From Eledone cirrhosa (lineage: Eukaryota), in contig OZ024743.1 in the NCBI GenBank assembly GCA_964016885.1, forward strand, positions 311,178,001-311,242,000: a stretch of 64,000 nucleotides of DNA, read 5' to 3'. This document shows positions 60,754 to 64,000 of this stretch, piece after piece. How positions within the stretch are numbered: position 1 is the stretch's first letter; each line of letters opens with the position of its first letter. The notes beneath the pieces were generated by a model, which was not told the DNA's origin, searched no databases, and saw only the letters and a list, made by a program, of their open reading frames with translations. A program made the position numbers and the translations under genes.

Positions 60754-61346
60754 TTTAAGTTTCGGAAGTTGTGGCTGGCTTTAAAAGGATTTGAAATCGA
60801 TTTCAATGACCGATTCGATATTTTTACTTTGGTAGTATTTCCCTTTATTTCAAAATCTTTATAGTCTATGAATTACATTTCCTGTTCTTTGTGGTGAGAT
60901 ATCGGAAATACTTCAGTGCCAACGTTTAATCAACGCTATATTTATAACAGTCTTCTATTATAATTCCAATGTATTGAAAGCAATGATAAAAAAAAAGATT
61001 AAAAAAGATAACGGTAAATGTTTACAGACATACTAATGTGAAATCAGGAGTGAGAAAAAAGAAGAATTAAAATAGATTTCAGACCTAGAGGAAGGTTCAA
61101 GCTTTGTAAGGAAAAGGGTAGATTAGTCAATCCTATTGACTCAAATATATAACTGTTATTTATTTAGTGCTCAAATGAGGCAAGAGCAAATCTGTGTTCG
61201 CCAATATTTGATCTTACAACATGGAAGGCTGGAACAAAATGTGGTGTCTTGTTTAGTCCAATGGTTAACCGTTTCTGGCAATTCAACACATTTGAACGAA
61301 TTTCAAGATTAAAATGTTAAAACGTCGTTCATATGTTAATCCAAGG

Positions 61347-61577
61347 CAGAGGTTGTCAAAGTGGGCGCTATCGCCTACCGGAGGGACATTGGGAAGATCC
61401 AATATATAATATTTATACATAATGTATATATCATATTATTTATTATATACAAATTAACGATTTTATTTATTATATATTATTTACAATTTGCGTGTAGGCA
61501 GGTCTCTCTGGAAATAGGGTTAGGGGGCGCTTAAGGTATTACGTGGCCGTGGGGGTGGGGAAGTTTGAGAACCTTTG
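61347..61577. mobile_element. hAT-type MITE
   Basis: TIRs CAGAGGTTGTCAAAGT / AGTTTGAGAACCTTTG with an imperfect 8 bp TSD ATCCAAGG / ATTTAAGG. Confidence 0.7.
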
Positions 61578-61639
61578 ATTTAAGGTATAGTGAAGGTTAA
61601 CCTTACAGTAATTGAAGTAGGCATTAAGTCTAAAATCTA

Positions 61640-61930
61640 AAGTGTGTCTCTAGCTCGGAGGCTCATCAGGCCGAAGCGTATCCCCGTTTCCATGGCGTTA
61701 AGAGACTGAAAATCCCAGATTCCCCATCCTGGATAGGATGTCAGTCCATTGCAAGGTTAACCCACCCAGCTATTGGTCAATAGTCTTTATTTTCTGCTAC
61801 GTATACTGGAGCAACGTTGAATGAAGTGTTTCGCTCAAGAACACAACACATAACCAAGTCCAGAAATCGAATCCATGACATTATGATCGTACGTTTAACA
61901 CTCTTACCAATAGGCCTCGCATCTCCACTA
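61640..61930 (-). mobile_element. Old tRNA-derived SINE
   Basis: GGAGCAACGTTGAATGAAGTGTTTCGCTCAAGAACACAAC..AATCGAA resembles 56108-56175. Confidence 0.6.
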
Positions 61931-62481
61931 GACAATAGTAAAATAATGTGTAAAATCAATTTACATTTTTATTCTTCAAATTTAATTTTTAGCATATAAT
62001 TTATTATCCACTTTACATCGAGGTGGGAGCATGATGAAATATATTCTCTATAAGGGAAGAATTGTCCAAAAATAATTTGGAAAAGTTTAACTTATGTGTA
62101 TCTGGCGTAAGTAAAGTCAAAATGTTATCAGATCGTAGACCACATTTGATGAGTCTAAAACGCTCGCCATTCGAGTATCATATACCTAAGATTTGGCGTT
62201 CACTTTTCAGTTGTTAGTTTCGAGATGGTGGTTTTTTTTTGTTTTGTTTTGTTTTGTTTTTTGTGGGAGGAGGCACTGCTCCACCATTTCACCATAAACT
62301 ATAAATGATTTTGTCATTTGATCACCTGGACTTCCGACTCATGTATTAACGTGCAAGTAGTTGAATAACAGACATGTGTATTCCTAAAAAAATCTTTCGC
62401 AAATTAAGAGCATGACACAATATGTAACAATTAATTTTCATCTACTCGTTTTCAATCTAAAGGCTTTTGTTGATTACAGGT

Positions 62482-62765
62482 TATGGTAAAGAGACTTGCT
62501 CAAGATGACACACAGTAACTATAAGAGGCCATAGTAAAGGTACTTGCTCAAGAGGACACACAGTAGCTATAAGAGATTATAGTTAAGGTACTTGCTCATG
62601 ATTGTCTATTAGTGGATATGGTAAAGAAACTTGTTCAAGAAGACACACAGTGTCTGTTTGAGATTATGATAAAGACACTTGCTCAAGATGACATACAGTG
62701 TGTATTAGAAATTATGGTAAGGATACTTGCTCAAGAAGAAACACAATGTCTATTAGGGGCTATTA
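62482..62765. repeat. 48 bp minisatellite, ~6 units
   Basis: CTTG(C/T)TCA at 62495, 62543, 62591, 62630, 62678 and 62726. Confidence 0.85.
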
Positions 62766-63582
62766 GGCACTGTGTCGATTAGAGGCAAGATAGAGAAATA
62801 TTACCTGTGTCTCTGATAACGCTCTTCTATATCAAATCTTTGTCAAAAGATTCAACATGATATGTGAGATTACTGCCAATTTATATAACCCATGCATTTC
62901 GCCATTGCTGCATTATACAAAGCATAACACACAATATTGCTATTCGGTTGTCGAGTTATGCTTATGATACGAGATTAAATTATACATTGACTAAAGGAGG
63001 AATGAAAGCATTGTAAATTGTATATAGGATTCTTCTAGATATGCTACTTTAAAATGTCTAACTGCTTGCCATTTCTGTGAAAACATTTGCCAGCGTTCTC
63101 TACAAGAAAATCAATTATTGTTTTATCTAGAAGTCTCTTTTCTTCTTATTTCGCTTTCGTTATGCTTTATATTATTTTCTTTGGTTTCGAGAGCTATACT
63201 TATTGAAACTATTTCTACACATTTCCCATTATTGTTCCACAAGCTCCACACAACATTTTCTTTCTTTCTTTATTTATTTATTTATTTTTGTCGTTTTTAC
63301 ATTTTAAAGCAATGGTGGGCTTCTAGATACAGATTTCATTTTAATACGTACTCAAGTCTGTTCTTTTTCTGATGTAGTTCATTTCTGTCACCCTCTCTCT
63401 CGCATTGCCTCCTTCATACTCACTCTCTCCCTCTGCCATTCTATATATATATATATATATTTCAATTATTCCATTTACCAGTGGTTTCTTAAAAGCAAAA
63501 GGTTTTGCTTTCAATCCTCATTCCAAATGATCCAGTGATTACACAGGTGAACGTCCAGAGTAACAAAACACATCACTTAGTC

Positions 63583-63637
<55 letters not shown>

Positions 63638-63915
63638 GTATGTATATGTATATATATATATATATTCATATGTATACTTATATACATTATATATATAAAT
63701 TTATTATATATATATATATAAACATACATGTATATATAAATATAATATTTATGTGTATGTGTGTGTGTGTGTGTTTCAAATATTATTTTTATTTATTTAT
63801 TTTTATTTAGTTATTTATCTATTTATTTAGTCCCCAGTTTCTAAGAGTAGACATCTTATAACAAACAACCGTTTCGTACGTACAGCAACAACTGTTGCTG
63901 CTATATTATATTGAC

Positions 63916-63954
<39 letters not shown>

Positions 63955-64000
63955 CACATACACAATAATACAGTATAGCTTGTTACGTACGTGCAGTCAC

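Noticed and set aside
61655-61695. Minus-strand GAAAC..CTGATGAGCC, a possible type II hammerhead
   Set aside because: The stems do not pair, and it lies in the 3' region of an ordinary tRNA-derived SINE.
62482-62765. Regularly spaced CTTGCTCAAG motifs (CRISPR-like)
   Set aside because: The intervening sequences are homologous to each other, so this is a minisatellite. Eukaryotic context and no cas genes.
62805-62875. Minus-strand exon ending at CAG|GTAATA
   Set aside because: Stops occur in all three frames upstream of the donor.

Overview
This is AT-rich animal genomic DNA, almost entirely intronic or intergenic repeat. The huge (TA)n/(CA)n/(CATA)n tracts and the SINE families suggest an octopus-like cephalopod (inference). 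No intact host gene is visible, only one plausible PY-motif micro-exon at 9982-10016. The window holds decayed non-LTR retrotransposons (CR1/L2-like, RTE, R4/Dong-like with a restriction-like endonuclease), several Penelope-like elements (PLEs, one near full length with RT + GIY-YIG), two head-to-tail Helitrons, tRNA-derived SINEs, a hAT-type MITE and minisatellites. The signal the ORF track hides is RNA-level: about 20 complete or degenerate type I hammerhead ribozyme (HHR) motifs lie on both strands. They include (i) a tandem 415-420 bp retrozyme-like array with three intact HHRs with extended stem I, which has two diverged relatives sharing an ATGCAAAT octamer plus HHR architecture, and (ii) many short fold-back or palindromic PLE pseudo-LTR elements embedded in (TA)n, several folded back at the predicted hammerhead stem II. 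All folds were read by eye and none has been computed or tested.
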